Source of the DNA: Octopus sinensis
Taxonomy: Eukaryota
Length of the DNA stretch: 64,000 nucleotides
NCBI RefSeq assembly: GCF_006345805.1
Contig: NC_043011.1
Span: forward strand, 17,930,464-17,994,463
Direction: 5' to 3'
This document shows, one piece after another, positions 13,901 to 26,411 of the stretch (positions within the stretch are counted from its first letter, which is position 1; the number at the start of each line of letters is the position of its first letter). The notes under the pieces are model-generated. The model made no database searches. It had not been told where the DNA came from and was given only the letters and a program-made list of their open reading frames with translations. The translations under genes were made by a program, and so were the position numbers.

Positions 13901-15490
13901 CATACCCCCTAGGCACACATCCAGAGCAAGCACACAGGGACACGCGCACACTCGCAGCATATCGTGCAGGCGGACACATGCACGCATCGGCACACATAGG
14001 GCACGCTAGCGGGCATGGACCACACACATACGCGGCACGCACACGCATGCATTATATATATGTAGGTTATGTATGTGTGTGTGCGTTGTGTGTGTGTGTG
14101 TGTGTGTGCGCGTGTGTGTGTGCGCGTGTGTGTGTATGTGTGTGCATTGTGTGTGTGTATGTATTTATATGTGTATATGTTTTGTATATATATGTATATA
14201 TGTGCGTGTTGTGTGTGTGTATGCATGGTATATGTGTATATGTGAGTACATTGTTTGTGTGTGTGTGTGGTATGTAGATATATATGTGTGTGTACGCTAT
14301 ATGTATGTATTTTGTGTGTGTGTGTGCATTACGTACATATGTATGTGTATATGTGTGAATATATATATATATGTGTGTGTTTATATATGTGCATTATTTG
14401 CATCGTGTATATGTATATTGTAAGTATGCGTATTGTATATGTATGTGTACATTATGTGTATATGTGTGTGTATGTGTGCATTGTATATATGTATATTGTA
14501 GGTGTGTTATATATGCATGAATACATGTATATACATTGCATGTAAATATATGTATGCATTGTGTATGTGTATGTTATGTGTATATATATGTTATATGTAT
14601 GCGTACGTGTATATGTATACATTGTATGTATGTATATTGTGTGTATATGTGGTATATTTACGTATGTGTATGTAAACACTATTTATATGTATATATGTAT
14701 ATATGTATATGTATTGTCTCTCTATATATATTATATGTATGTATTGTGTATGTATATTGTATGTATATATTGTGTATGTGTATTATATATATGCTGTGTA
14801 TGTGTATTGTATGTATATATGTGCTATGTGTATTTGTGTTATATTTATATTATGTATGTATGCGTGCGTGTGTTGTGTGTGTGTGTGTGTGTTGTGTGTG
14901 TGTGTGTTGTGTGTTTGTATATTATGTGTGTGTGTGTGTTGTGTGTGTGTATGTGTATGTGGGGGTGGGGGTCAGATATGTGTATGTGAATGTGTGGTGT
15001 GTGTGCGTGTGTGTGTGTGTGTGTATGTGTTGTAGTATGTATGTATGGCCCGCACACACGCGTAGACGCGCACGCGCACGCACGCGTGCGCGCACGGACG
15101 GACACGCGTATATACACACACCATCCTACCCCCAAAAAATTCTTTAAACAACACACATCTATTTTCGCCACCCTGATACCATTCAAAAACAGCCCCTACA
15201 CACACGCAGACGCTTGTATACGTGTGTGTGCACGCACACAGGGGCACGCACACTCACACCAACCTCACCTCCATACAGGCACATATATACACACACAGCA
15301 CCATGTCAAATGCCATCCACACTCATGCATGCGTACACACGCACGCACACGCGCACACACGCGCACACACAACACCATTACAACCACACACACTTGACAA
15401 ACAGACGCCATCTGACCAAATACTACAGGCACACAGACACATCTATTCACGCACACGCAGAGAGACACACATACTCACCTCATGCTAACC
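13901..15490. repeat. About 1.6 kb mosaic (CA)/(TG)/(TA)/(TATG) simple-repeat tract inside the PLE 3' region
   Basis: Read directly. Source of many C/V/Y/I/H/T-rich spurious ORFs. Confidence 0.95.
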
Positions 15491-16199
15491 CCAAAATCAT
15501 TGATGCTTGAAGGAAAGCCATAAACAGAAAAAAACGGGTACATTTTTCTCAATTCCACATTTCTGCTAAAACGGACAGGTCAGTAAACAAAGTCGCCTTG
15601 AATTCATATTCTGTACTGACCCTGAGATGTATAATATATTCATTTTAATTTTGTCTGCCAATTTTTCAAATATTCTCACCATACTGTTGTACTATGTCCT
15701 TTTTACCAAAGACTGTATATATACATGTAATGTGACAAGTTGCAACAACCAATAATTAATGCAACCAAACTTCCAATAATATATTTGTTTTATTTTTTTC
15801 TGCCCCTTTTTTCAAATATTCTCATCACACTGTTGAACTTCTTTATGCCCTTAACATGTCCCTGTTACCAAAGACTATATATATAGATGTAATGTGGCAA
15901 TTATGTAAAAAACCTTTTTTGAATTCATAATATTCTATGTGGCAATTATGTAAAAAACTTTTTTGAATTCATAATATTCTATGTTACTTTTGACAATCTT
16001 TTTCCAAAGAGTGAATACGGTTAAGTAAATAAACATCTTTTAAATTGCATTTTCAAACCTTCTTTCGTATATAATTCCACTCGTGCGATACCCCACAACT
16101 CAACTTTGTTATATATATATATATATATATGGAGAGAGAAGAAGAGAGAGAGGGAAGAGATAGAGAGAGGGAAGAGGGAGAGAGAGATAAGAGGGAGAG

Positions 16200-16670
16200 A
16201 AAGAGTACCCGCTTTCCCGTATACGAGCGAGGCCATTACTAGATAGACTAATTGAAATACGTCATCGACGATTTTATGTGAGGGTCTTGTAAGACTCTGG
16301 ATTCCGCCCAAAGGTTTTTACATGGTATTGCATAATGCACAGCTATGCTGGGTGACAGATGGAAGAGGTGTAACAGTATGAAGTCTTTCGATATGCTTCT
16401 TTAATCTTCCAACTGAGAGGCACACATTTCCAAAGGTTGCACATGTTCTGCTGAGAAAATAACCGTAACACAATTTACAAGGGTTCGATTTCTTTGTGTT
16501 CTCTCGTGGCTGACCAGGCCTATATGTCTCAAACATTTTCTTCCCAAAATCACAGACATAAAAAGCAACATTCCCACACCTTCATCCTTTCTAAGCCTTC
16601 TCTTCATCTTCTTCTGCTTCATTCTCTCTCTCTCTCTCCCACCCAATAACTGAAACTTCATTCCAAGTTC
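16200..16670 (-). mobile_element. Decayed 3' end of an RTE-like LINE with C2H2-type zinc-finger remnants
   Basis: TCATFGNVCLSVGRLKKHIERLH and SCALCNT...GGIQSLTRPSH resemble the C-terminal CxxC...H...H fingers of RTE-type ORFs, preceded by a basic K/R helix. Frameshifted. Confidence 0.45.
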
Positions 16671-16779
16671 TCTCGAAAGTTTATAATTTCTTACGAAGTG
16701 AACAGTATCTGTATATATACGTGTATATAAATATTTGTGTGTATGTGTGTAAGTATGTATGTATATATATATATATATA

Positions 16780-17158
16780 GGCGCAGGAGTGGCTGTGTGG
16801 TAAGTAGCTTGCTAACCAACCACACGGTTGCGGGTTCAGTCCCACTGCGTGGCATCTTGGGCAAGTGTCTTCTGCTATAGCCCCGGGCCGACCAATGCCT
16901 TGTGAGTGGATTTGGTAGACGGAAACTGAAAGAAGCCTGTCGTATATATGTATATATATATATATGTTTGTATGTGTGTGTTTGTGTGTCTGTGTTTGTC
17001 CCCCTAGCATTGCTTGACAACCGATGCTGGTGTGTTTACGTCCCCGTCACTTAGCGGTTCGGCAAAAAGAGACCGATAGAATAAGTACTAAAAGGTGGTG
17101 CTCCAGCATGGCCGCAGTCAAATGACTGAAACAAGTAAAAGAGTAAAAGAGAGTAAGA

Positions 17159-17160
<2 letters not shown>
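16780..17160 (+). mobile_element. tRNA-headed SINE family B (internal TA/TG microsatellite)
   Basis: ggcgcaggagtggctgtgtggtaag (A box) ...gggttcagtccc (B box) ...cttgggcaagtgtc...; 3' end gactgaaacaagtaaaagag. Homologous to 61329-61727. Confidence 0.9.
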
Positions 17161-17189
<29 letters not shown>

Positions 17190-18326
17190 CATATATATAC
17201 ACACGCACATATATATATATACATGTATAAGTACGTATATAGGTACAATATAGACATATATATATATATATATTTATACATCTGCATAGAAATTTGTGCG
17301 TGTTCGTGTGTGTGTGAATGTTTATCAGTTTAGTGTCGAATGTCGGAAAGACTAATATTCAATACCACAGATATTAATAACACATTTTATTTTGGTCGAG
17401 CGAGTCTCTTCCTACTCTGAGTTTCACGTGTAGGTCTGTTTTTTTGTTGTTTTTTGTTAAAAAAGCATTTGCGAAATACAGCATTTCCTTTTGTTTTATA
17501 TTTGTCATTTGCATTTACTTTTGAAGTACTGTGTTTATATAACTTCTATTGTTGGCAAGATTTTTCATGCGATATTTTTAAAGTCGGTGTTTGAATATAA
17601 ATGATCATGTTTGTGTTATATATTTGCTGTCGCTATCAACACTTTGCGTTGCAGTAAATACAGAATAAGTCTTTGCTTTGTTTTTCGGTATGTAAAATGT
17701 ATTATCATGTTCAATTTCACTTTCATTCTTGTAAGCGTGCCATAAAATAATGACTGGTAATTTTATGTTGTTAACTCAAAATGAAATATAAAATTTTCCC
17801 CAAATAAAAGCAGGATACTCTCTTTTTTTTTCTCTCTTTCGTCAACTCTTGTAGACAGATGATGCTCAAAACATCGGAAAATTAAGAACCGAACTCTATG
17901 CTATTAATTCTGGTAACAACATTCGCTTCAACAGTAACTTGTAAGCAAAAACTAAATCATCAAAACTGAATCCTGAAAATCAAATATTAACAATAACAAA
18001 AATAACCAAATTAACAACACCAGCAGTAACAACAACAACAAAAACAACAAAATAAACAACGAAGACCACAACAATAACAACAACAACAATTATAATAATA
18101 ATCCTTTCTGCTAAAAAAAAGCCTGTTGGAATTTCAGGGAAGTAGACCAGTCGATTATGTCGATTCCAGTAAGTGAAAGGTACTTGATGTTTCGGCCCCG
18201 AAGTGAGTAGAGGCTAAGTTGAACCCGGTGGAACATGAACTCGGGTCATTTTTCCCAGCATGCTAAAGTTAAAGCCGGATCACCGCCGTGAGGCATCATT
18301 GACCTCGATAGATTTAAACTCAGAAT

Positions 18327-18328
18327 AT

Positions 18329-18368
<40 letters not shown>

Positions 18369-18421
18369 CAGTAAAAGTAATAGTAGTAGTAGTAGTAGAA
18401 ATAGAAGTAGTAGTAGTAGTA

Positions 18422-18456
<35 letters not shown>

Positions 18457-18457
18457 A

Positions 18458-18519
<62 letters not shown>

Positions 18520-18574
18520 TAGTAGTAATAGTAGTAGTAGTAGAAGTAGAAGTTGTGGTACTAGTAGTAGTAGT
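18327..18574. repeat. (TAG)n microsatellite
   Basis: Read directly. Abuts the 5' end of the Dong fragment. Confidence 0.97.
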
Positions 18575-19590
18575 ATGAGGAGACTGATGTCAGGCGTTTT
18601 GGCTGTACAGATATTTGAAAAAAAATGGGCTGCTAGATATTTAACAGAAAGAGTGGCGATAAAGGAGCTGAGGAACGAAGGACAGCTTTTGAGTGATAAT
18701 CTAATTGTCAGGAATTGCAAGAGATGTACAAACCTGAGCATAGCATGGGTTGAAAATCGCAAAACATATAACATGCTACCACACACGCTCTTGGATAATA
18801 AGAACAATGGAAATGTATGGAGAAAAAGATATATGAGAAGCCTTATATGGAACTGTATGAAATGCCGAGAACGGAATTGGCAGCAGGGAAGTTAGTATTA
18901 GGAGAGGCAAAAAATAAAAGAGGAATCCTCCAGGGGAACAGTGTGTCCCCACTGATAGCCGTTCTTGGAATTATCACCTTGAGTGAAATACTACTGAAAA
19001 CAAAGTTGGGGTATGTTCGGGAAAGCGGTAAGGGAAGACGGAACCACTTGCTATTTATGGACAACCCGAAGCTATTCATAAAACTTGATGCAGAACTGGA
19101 CAGCGTAGTCCAGTGTGCGCAGATTTTCTCTAATCATATTAAGGTGGTCTTTTTGACTCTTAAACTTTGCTCCGATGGTAATGAGACGAGGTAAGCTTAC
19201 TAGGACAGAATGCATACGGTTCCCAAGAGTGAAAATGTTGAATGCCATTCAACCTCAGTTCAGTTATAAAAACCTGGGAATACTTGAGGCAGATGGAGTC
19301 AGACACCACATCATGAAGTAAAGGATAAAATAGAGTATCTACGGCGACTGAGAAAAATAATGGCTTCAAAGCTGAATGCCAGAAACATAATTTCGGCAAT
19401 AAACTCGCGCACAGACGCAGTAGTTCGGTATGGCGTTGGAATCCTGGAATGGAAATAGGAAGAGCTAAAGGAGATGAACAGTAAGTCAATAAAGCCCCTA
19501 ATGATGCATGGAGCACATCAACCACGTGCAAACATTAATTGCCTATACATGGAGTGAACAATTCAAAGAAGAGGACTGATATACGTACTT
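18575..19590 (+). mobile_element. Decayed Dong/R4-type non-LTR RT fragment
   Basis: TNLSIAWVENRKTYNMLPH (cf. WIDYKKAYD.VPH), RGILQGNSVSPL, HLLFMDNPKLF (cf. HLLFMDDLKL), then LGILEADG..., SKLNARNIISAIN..., MHGAHQPRAN. Contains stops and frameshifts. Confidence 0.85.
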
Positions 19591-20487
19591 AGATTATGAT
19601 TTCCGCAATGTTGTGCAAAAATTGTCAAGTAAATAAGAGGCATATTTGCCTCCCCTGATTCAGTTGCAAAGTGTTGAATAAAATTATTTGGTTGCAGACC
19701 CCCTTTCAGTTTTTTTTATTATCACTGGGTCACACATAGTGCTCAGATGGTAACATTGATTTCAAGGCCTTCCCAAATGTCTTCAAAGACATTTATAGAT
19801 TCTAGATTTATTCTATCCAGTCACTTATCAGTATAGTGGTCATTTTCAAACTCCACAGGTGACGCTTTCATTTCTCAATGATTATTTCAGTTGAGTCACG
19901 CCGTTCCAATTGCTATAGACTCGTAATGCATCTTTTGGCTGTCCCTGTCACCTGTATGTTGAGGAATCCTACATTGGGAGTGGTAACGTCTATGTTAGGG
20001 TAACTGACTGCTTATTGTGATGATTCGTCTTTTGGCTTCCTGTAGACTTGCTCTCTTTTACAACCCCAGTGAACATACATATAATTCCTATTTCAAAGAA
20101 ATTCAAACAATAGATATAAGACCCAATTTAAAAAGATTCTCAGAAATTTAAATTCTCTGGTTGACATTAAGTCACCCATCCCAAATAGGGGCATTAATTC
20201 CTACATTTTAGAGCTGATGACCTCCATTTTTCAGGAACAAAATCCGTAAGATTGGAACTTTGGAATTTGTGCATAAAGATCAGTAATATGGGAAACATTT
20301 GTCATGATTAGAAGTTTTAGGATGTGTAAAGAGGGAAATAACACTCATCTGCAATTTTCATGAAATCCGAATCATAGGTATTCCAGTTCATTAGAGAACA
20401 TATAACTGACAAGACTAATTCTTCAATTGCACGTAACACAGGCAACGCCGGCTATCTCTGCAAATGTATGTGTATATTTATATATAT

Positions 20488-20560
<73 letters not shown>

Positions 20561-20562
<2 letters not shown>

Positions 20563-20725
20563 GGAGAGTTTACGAAAAAAACAAAAGACGAAGACAGGTG
20601 GTGTACAAAACAAACAGATGTATTAGTATAACGCTCAGGAATAGAAAAAGTCCTTTACGTTTCGAGCCTACACTCTTCTACAGAACAGGACACAGAAAAA
20701 ACAAGGAGAGAAAAAGATGACCAGT
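20561..20725 (-). mobile_element. Solo PLE pseudo-LTR fragment in (TA)n carrying a variant hammerhead (20650-20691)
   Basis: Minus strand reads GTCCTGTT-CTGTAGA-A-GAG-TGTAGG-CTC-GAAAC-GTA-AAGGAC. Second copy at 35097-35282. Confidence 0.65.
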
Positions 20726-20737
20726 GGCTAACGACAC

Positions 20738-20788
<51 letters not shown>

Positions 20789-20820
20789 CACACACACACA
20801 CACAAATATATATTTAATTT

Positions 20821-20858
<38 letters not shown>

Positions 20859-21209
20859 AAGGCTGATTGAGATAATCAGGGCACAACATAGTACACAGCA
20901 TAGGTAGAACGGCTCAAGAACCACACTAAATCACTTATACACACTGGTGAAATCGAGGAAAAATATATATGACAATAAAACGTAACAGAAAAAGAATGAG
21001 ACCTAGATAAATAGACGATTACTTATATATGTTATCATTTAGAACAAACAGTAAAAGTTACGTTTATATACTCGTTTTGCAAGATTCTTGATGTGAAATC
21101 GTGTGTTGAAATATATACTGTTGTATTTGGGGATGGTCGTGTTGCAAGTTTAGTCAATAAAACACACGCGCTATATATTTGGTGTTGATTTGCTTCAGCT
21201 ATATTTTAT

Positions 21210-21490
21210 TTTTTAATTTTTACATTAATCGTATTTCGGCCCGAGTTCTTTGGTCACACTTCTGTGACCTCATCAGTGGTACTTTGCTTTCTTCTTTCTT
21301 ATTTTTGAGTCTTTCCTTACTATCGATCAGCCAATATGTATTTTGTACAGAATTCAAAATGGCTGATCGTTAGTAAGGAAAGTCACACAAATAAGAAAGA
21401 AGAAAGCAAAGTACCACTGATGAGGTCACAGAAGTGTGACGAAAAAACTCTGGCCGAGATACGATTAAAGTAAAAAGTAAAAAAATAAGA
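21210..21490. repeat. Imperfect inverted pair of pLTR-like segments, each with a minimal hammerhead motif (21240-21279 minus, 21414-21453 plus)
   Basis: Arms are about 85-90% identical. Motif CCA-CTGATGA-GGTCACA-GAAG-TGTGAC(C)-(G)AAA-(G)AA-CTC-(T)GG. Confidence 0.7.
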
Positions 21491-21674
21491 CAGAGAAAAG
21501 AGAGAAAATATACACGCAACCACAATGTTACCGAACATAGACATAAACCTCCTACGTTGACAACGTCTACATACGTACACACTCACACAAAGGTGTATAC
21601 GTACATGCACATACACACACAAACATATATGTATGTACGTACGCATAGATACACATATGTCGACACACGTACAC

Positions 21675-21746
<72 letters not shown>

Positions 21747-24700
21747 GTATGTATTATGTATGTATATATGTACGCAACCCCATCCTCATACCTTTGTAAT
21801 GTGTGTTCAAATTATATTGGGGCATGCCAATTTTCCTCTTACCAATTCAAAATCATCACATGCTGCAATGAATCTAGTCTCTTCGCTCAATCGCTTCCAC
21901 TTCACTATTGCCATTATGCCGCAAAGAAATTAGTAATTGCTTTGTTTCATAATTTATATTTCACACATCGAAGGAATTATTTGATTTCACTGGATTCAAT
22001 GGAACACAATTTTTTAATTAAAACTTTCTTTGTTCTTCTTTCTATAAGTAGCAGTAATACGTAGGAGAGGAGATTGAAATGGTTATTTTAAAACACTTCC
22101 CCATACTTGTGATGAAACGAAAAAAATGTATCGCTAAAACAAAAAACAATGATTAATAGGGCATTCGTAGCATACATCAGGAACGTGTATCCTCTGTTTT
22201 AGATTTCGACACTTATTTTTAAGAATTATTTAGTCCGTTTGTGATGGCTTTCAATATCTTAGCTGTAGGAATTGTAGTTCCAATTTTCGTTATATTTTAG
22301 TTTGTGTATCTGACGAATATTTTGAAATTATGAGAATAGCATTTCCAAACATTAAATAAATTGTAGGCATTTCCGTGAATGTTCGCAATCTGAAATTTGA
22401 ATTCAAATCTGGGAAAGTTCAATATGCCAAACTATGGAATTTTAATTTGAATCAAATGAAGACAAAATATGGGTGTATTTCATTTGGATACGAAAATCTA
22501 CTTTACATGTTAGATTGTAAAATACAGCAGCATAAAAAGGTTTCGATATATTCCTCACATATGTAAAACGGACGAGAGTCAAATCTTGAGAATCTCTTTT
22601 ATAAAGCTGACTAGTATTCGGTTTGGCTGAAGTTAGAGAAATGTTTCGAAAATACATTCAAAGATAATATGCAAGGATGAAGAACTTTTAGCCTTTTCAC
22701 ATTTCGATTTTATTTCCTATGTGGTAAATATTTAAATATGATTCCAATCTCAGGTTTAACTACCGTAGTATACTATTACTCTATATTTTTTATGTGACTA
22801 GAAAGATTTTCCGCGAAAAAATGTGACGACAATTCATGTCTTACCTCAATATATTTAAAATAGATAAAAGACAAGTCTCAATAATCACATAAAACACGAA
22901 ATTATTCGAAACGATTTTCTTAGAATGAGATTAAATAGTTCTCTGAGATCCCTTGTAATTTATAATGCCCAATTACAGTTACTGGCTTCACGCTAACCAT
23001 TATATACACATACCGGTTAGATATCCTACTTGACTCATATATGCTTTGCTGCATAAAAAATACCATGTTGCCGATTGTAAACTTCCGCACACACACATGC
23101 AATTTCATAGTTGTAAGATATAATACTCTCTTAACCTCTATATCGTTAAAATAATATTATACTCTCTTCTGAATTATTAATTAAATTTATATATTCTAAC
23201 AAAGCCGATCCAACCATTCCCTATCTGTTATCTTTCATAACATATTTACTAGTGTTTCCTACACAAAGCAGTTTTCATCCTAATGTGGCACTTTGGAACT
23301 TTTGCGTATGGTCTCCTTTAAAGGAAAAAACTGAACAACAATCGCACCAATATGGATAATATTGCAAAATCCAATTGCATAATCACTATGTCTTTTTTTA
23401 GTTTTCTGAGAAATTCATGCAAAATGTAAACGTATTACTGGTAAAGAAAAACTGATAAGATTCATAAAATTCATAAGATTATTCTCTAATTGTAGTGCTG
23501 AGTTTTAAAGTTCCCATGGATTGCTTGATAATGTGTTGGTCATCTGGTAACAGTTATAATTGCAGAGACCCAAAGAGAAATCTTCTTCAAGGTCGTTCAT
23601 CCTGTTAATTGAACAACCGAATCACCATTGAATTACATTATTCATCTCTAACAAACAGTATCGGAGACGCAAGTCTGGCAGTATTATCATTAACATGTTT
23701 ATAATTGTAGTTCTTGATAACAATGCTAACTTGCGTTTATTGAAGATTTAGAAACGACATCCTTTTAAATTACTTTGGTCTAGAATTTCGTAAAGAAACA
23801 AAGATAGGTACCATTGTATTTAATACTGTCATCTCAATTAAACTAACGAATATGGAAGTACTCTGTAGTATTATAAAATTTAAATGAGCGTACATCTCGG
23901 GAAATTTCTTAATTTAGTTGTCGAATTGCAACATGCTCGTATTGAAAATTCTTCTTGTAAGTCGTACATTTATGCAAGTAGGTTCTGTATATATGTACAT
24001 CCATGTGGAAGAGCTGCTGTTAAACTGCGTGCGTTATGAAATATTTGTATTTATTCCAAACGGTATTTTAAAAATAGTTACTTTTCATTAACTCTTAATC
24101 TCTTACCATGGTGGTTTCACGTCTTTGTTTAAAGAAACAGTCTCATGTTTGCAGAAAAGAAATATATATATTCTTAAAAATTATAGCATACAAAATGCTT
24201 CAAGGGTTAAAAATAAAATGAAACTAAATTGCTGCCCTTAAACGTGGTTTTCCTAATAAAATAAAATAAACAAGAAAGAAAACAGAAAAGAATATTTGTT
24301 ATGAGCAAAATAAAACTAGCAGATATTTTTCACCAAAAATTATATTTTGCAATATGCTCCTCATTACGTGCTATTTCTAAACGCTAGTTGTTTGCCAGTG
24401 TTTTTGGTGTTTCATTTTGGGTAAGTTTCAATGGAATGATTTTAAAAAGCTGAACCAATGCTTTTAATGACAATTCTTGGAATAACTCAGTGTTAAGTTG
24501 TTTCTTTTTTTTTCTATTATTTCTCTTCGACAACACATTTCGTGCTAGATTCCCTGTAAAAAGATATAGAATCCATATTCACCATTCCTGCTTATCATTC
24601 TTCCATTAATATATTTCAGATAATCGTAGTTCGTTATTCACAATTGTCAACAGAAATGCAGAACTTTCTTTCGAAGACATAGTTCTGCACAATATACAAA

Positions 24701-25966
24701 ATATCAATATTTAAAATACGTGTAACAATAAAGAAAATACTTATACTAATGCAATGTTTATTGTTTATTAAGTTAGTAGTTTTCCCCGTATCTCTTACTT
24801 TCACTTTACAAACACAACGTGTAATCCATTATTTTCTGTTTTCTCCTGTATGTTACATTTATATGAAAATTAAATGGTGACATTACCTACTTATGTAAGC
24901 TTCCGTACGTAGTGTAGATGCGTTTGGTTATATCTTTTTTGTCTATATAGTATTTGTTTAATATTTTCTTGGCGTATAATATTCACGTATTGTTTCCCCA
25001 TTCTGTTCGATGGCATTCGGTATTTCCAATATTGATTATATTTCTGATATATTGAAAATAGTGTCCTTATTTAACCTTATGTAGTCTCGTGTTCCAATTC
25101 TTGTAATCTCTGTCCTGCCTCAGTATATCATATTTGTTTTCGATTTTGAGATTAGGTCAGATAGTGTCGTTAAAATTTCGAGATTCTTCTTTCTTTGTGG
25201 CATATTCAGTCCACGAGGTACATTATGCTTAATTTTGTCTGAAATTCTTTATTCGATTGTTTTTGTGACTGAGGTGCGATTAACTTATGAAAGGACAGGT
25301 AGAAAACGATAACATATTGAAATTCCTTCAGATAGAGACACCAGATTCGTAATTACATATTTGCAACTATATCTCATAAATATAGACATAATATATTTCT
25401 CCAAACTTCGTTTCTTATTATCGATGCTACCTCATATCTACACGTAGGATGATATCATGTTTACATAAGATATAGTCTATTTTCGAAGCATATCCTGATG
25501 TCCTATATTTTAAAATTATCAAATACAATAATCCCGTCGTCATTCGAACTAAATTATTGCTATATGTTAAACATTGAAATGGAAGCTATGGATAATAGGG
25601 AAACAACTTAAAAGTCAACAAACTTATTTATATCTTCCTTTGGATGATGTTGCGCAGCATATAGATAATATTGCTCAGGAAATTATTAAAAATATTACTT
25701 AGGAAGTTCCCCGATGACTACGTGTGAAATATATACGTATTGTTTCATTTATACCTTGCTTCCGTTATGTACACTAGACATTTTCTATAGCAGGATATGT
25801 GTTTGGTATTATGTGGGCTGTAGATGTACCCGGCTTGTCAACTCTAATGGTAAACTGTTATTCATTTTATCCCATTATCAAATTCGTACAATTATAAGGT
25901 ACTATTATACTGAGGAACAATCACTTCTGTATGCACGCGATTTCATAGTTTTTGTATTATATAGAG

Positions 25967-26110
25967 AATACCAAACAAGTTCCCTATGGATACCGTATTT
26001 ATTATAACGATTGGCTTGTAAACGTACCTAACGGGCGAAAGCGAGTTAGATTCGTTTACAAGCCACGAGTTGTAATAAATACGGTATCCATAGGGAATGA
26101 GTTTGGTATT
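25967..26110. other. 144-nt imperfect hairpin with GAAA tetraloop
   Basis: aataccaaac..ttccctatggataccgtatttatta..ggcttgtaaacg..ctaac..gc-GAAA-gc..gttag..cgtttacaagcc..taataaatacggtatccatagggaa..gtttggtatt. Confidence 0.9.
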
Positions 26111-26117
26111 TTATTTA

Positions 26118-26411
26118 TTATGCACGAATAAACGACCATATTTTATTAACCCAATAACTAAATTCTTCACATCGTGTTGAAGCGCGCATGAATACAGCAT
26201 GATTTGACGTCAGTGACGTCACAATGTGTAACTGTAAAAGATGTACCTTTGTTAACCTGTATCCAGCAACATGTCGAACTTGGCCAGTATTGATCTTCAC
26301 TTTGAACATTCTGTATGTTCCGAAAGGTTGAACAACGGATAACACTCTCTCCCCATCTTTACCATCAATCTTAACAAAATCATTCACCTTGATATCGACA
26401 ACAGTAGCCAT
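26118..26411 (-). CDS. Small non-repetitive ORF (97 aa); possible truncated N-terminus of a Crypton-like transposon protein
   Basis: The first ~55 aa (DIKVNDFVKIDGKDGERVLSVVQPFGTYRMFKVKINTGQVRHVAGYRLTK) alternate hydrophobic and polar residues like a small beta-barrel. The stop codon lies 8 nt before the hairpin. Family assignment is inference only. Confidence 0.35.
   Translation of the reverse strand: MATVVDIKVNDFVKIDGKDGERVLSVVQPFGTYRMFKVKINTGQVRHVAGYRLTKVHLLQLHIVTSLTSNHAVFMRASTRCEEFSYWVNKIWSFIRA

Larger units (their letters stand above)
11081..16110 (+). mobile_element. Penelope-like retroelement (Neptune-type linker Zn finger), 5'-truncated with inverted pLTR, inserted in (TA)n
   Basis: RT plus GIY-YIG ORF at 11624-13900. 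11081-11216 is the reverse complement of 15660-15795. (TA)n lies on both flanks. Confidence 0.9.

Noticed and set aside
17395-17440. Half hammerhead (minus strand GTGAAACTCAGAGTA)
   Set aside because: It resembles the 3' half of the 34948 motif, but no CUGANGA or stem I partner is present.
19600-20430. Possible LINE APE endonuclease remnant on the minus strand
   Set aside because: Only a GDL-like motif among many stops, which is insufficient.
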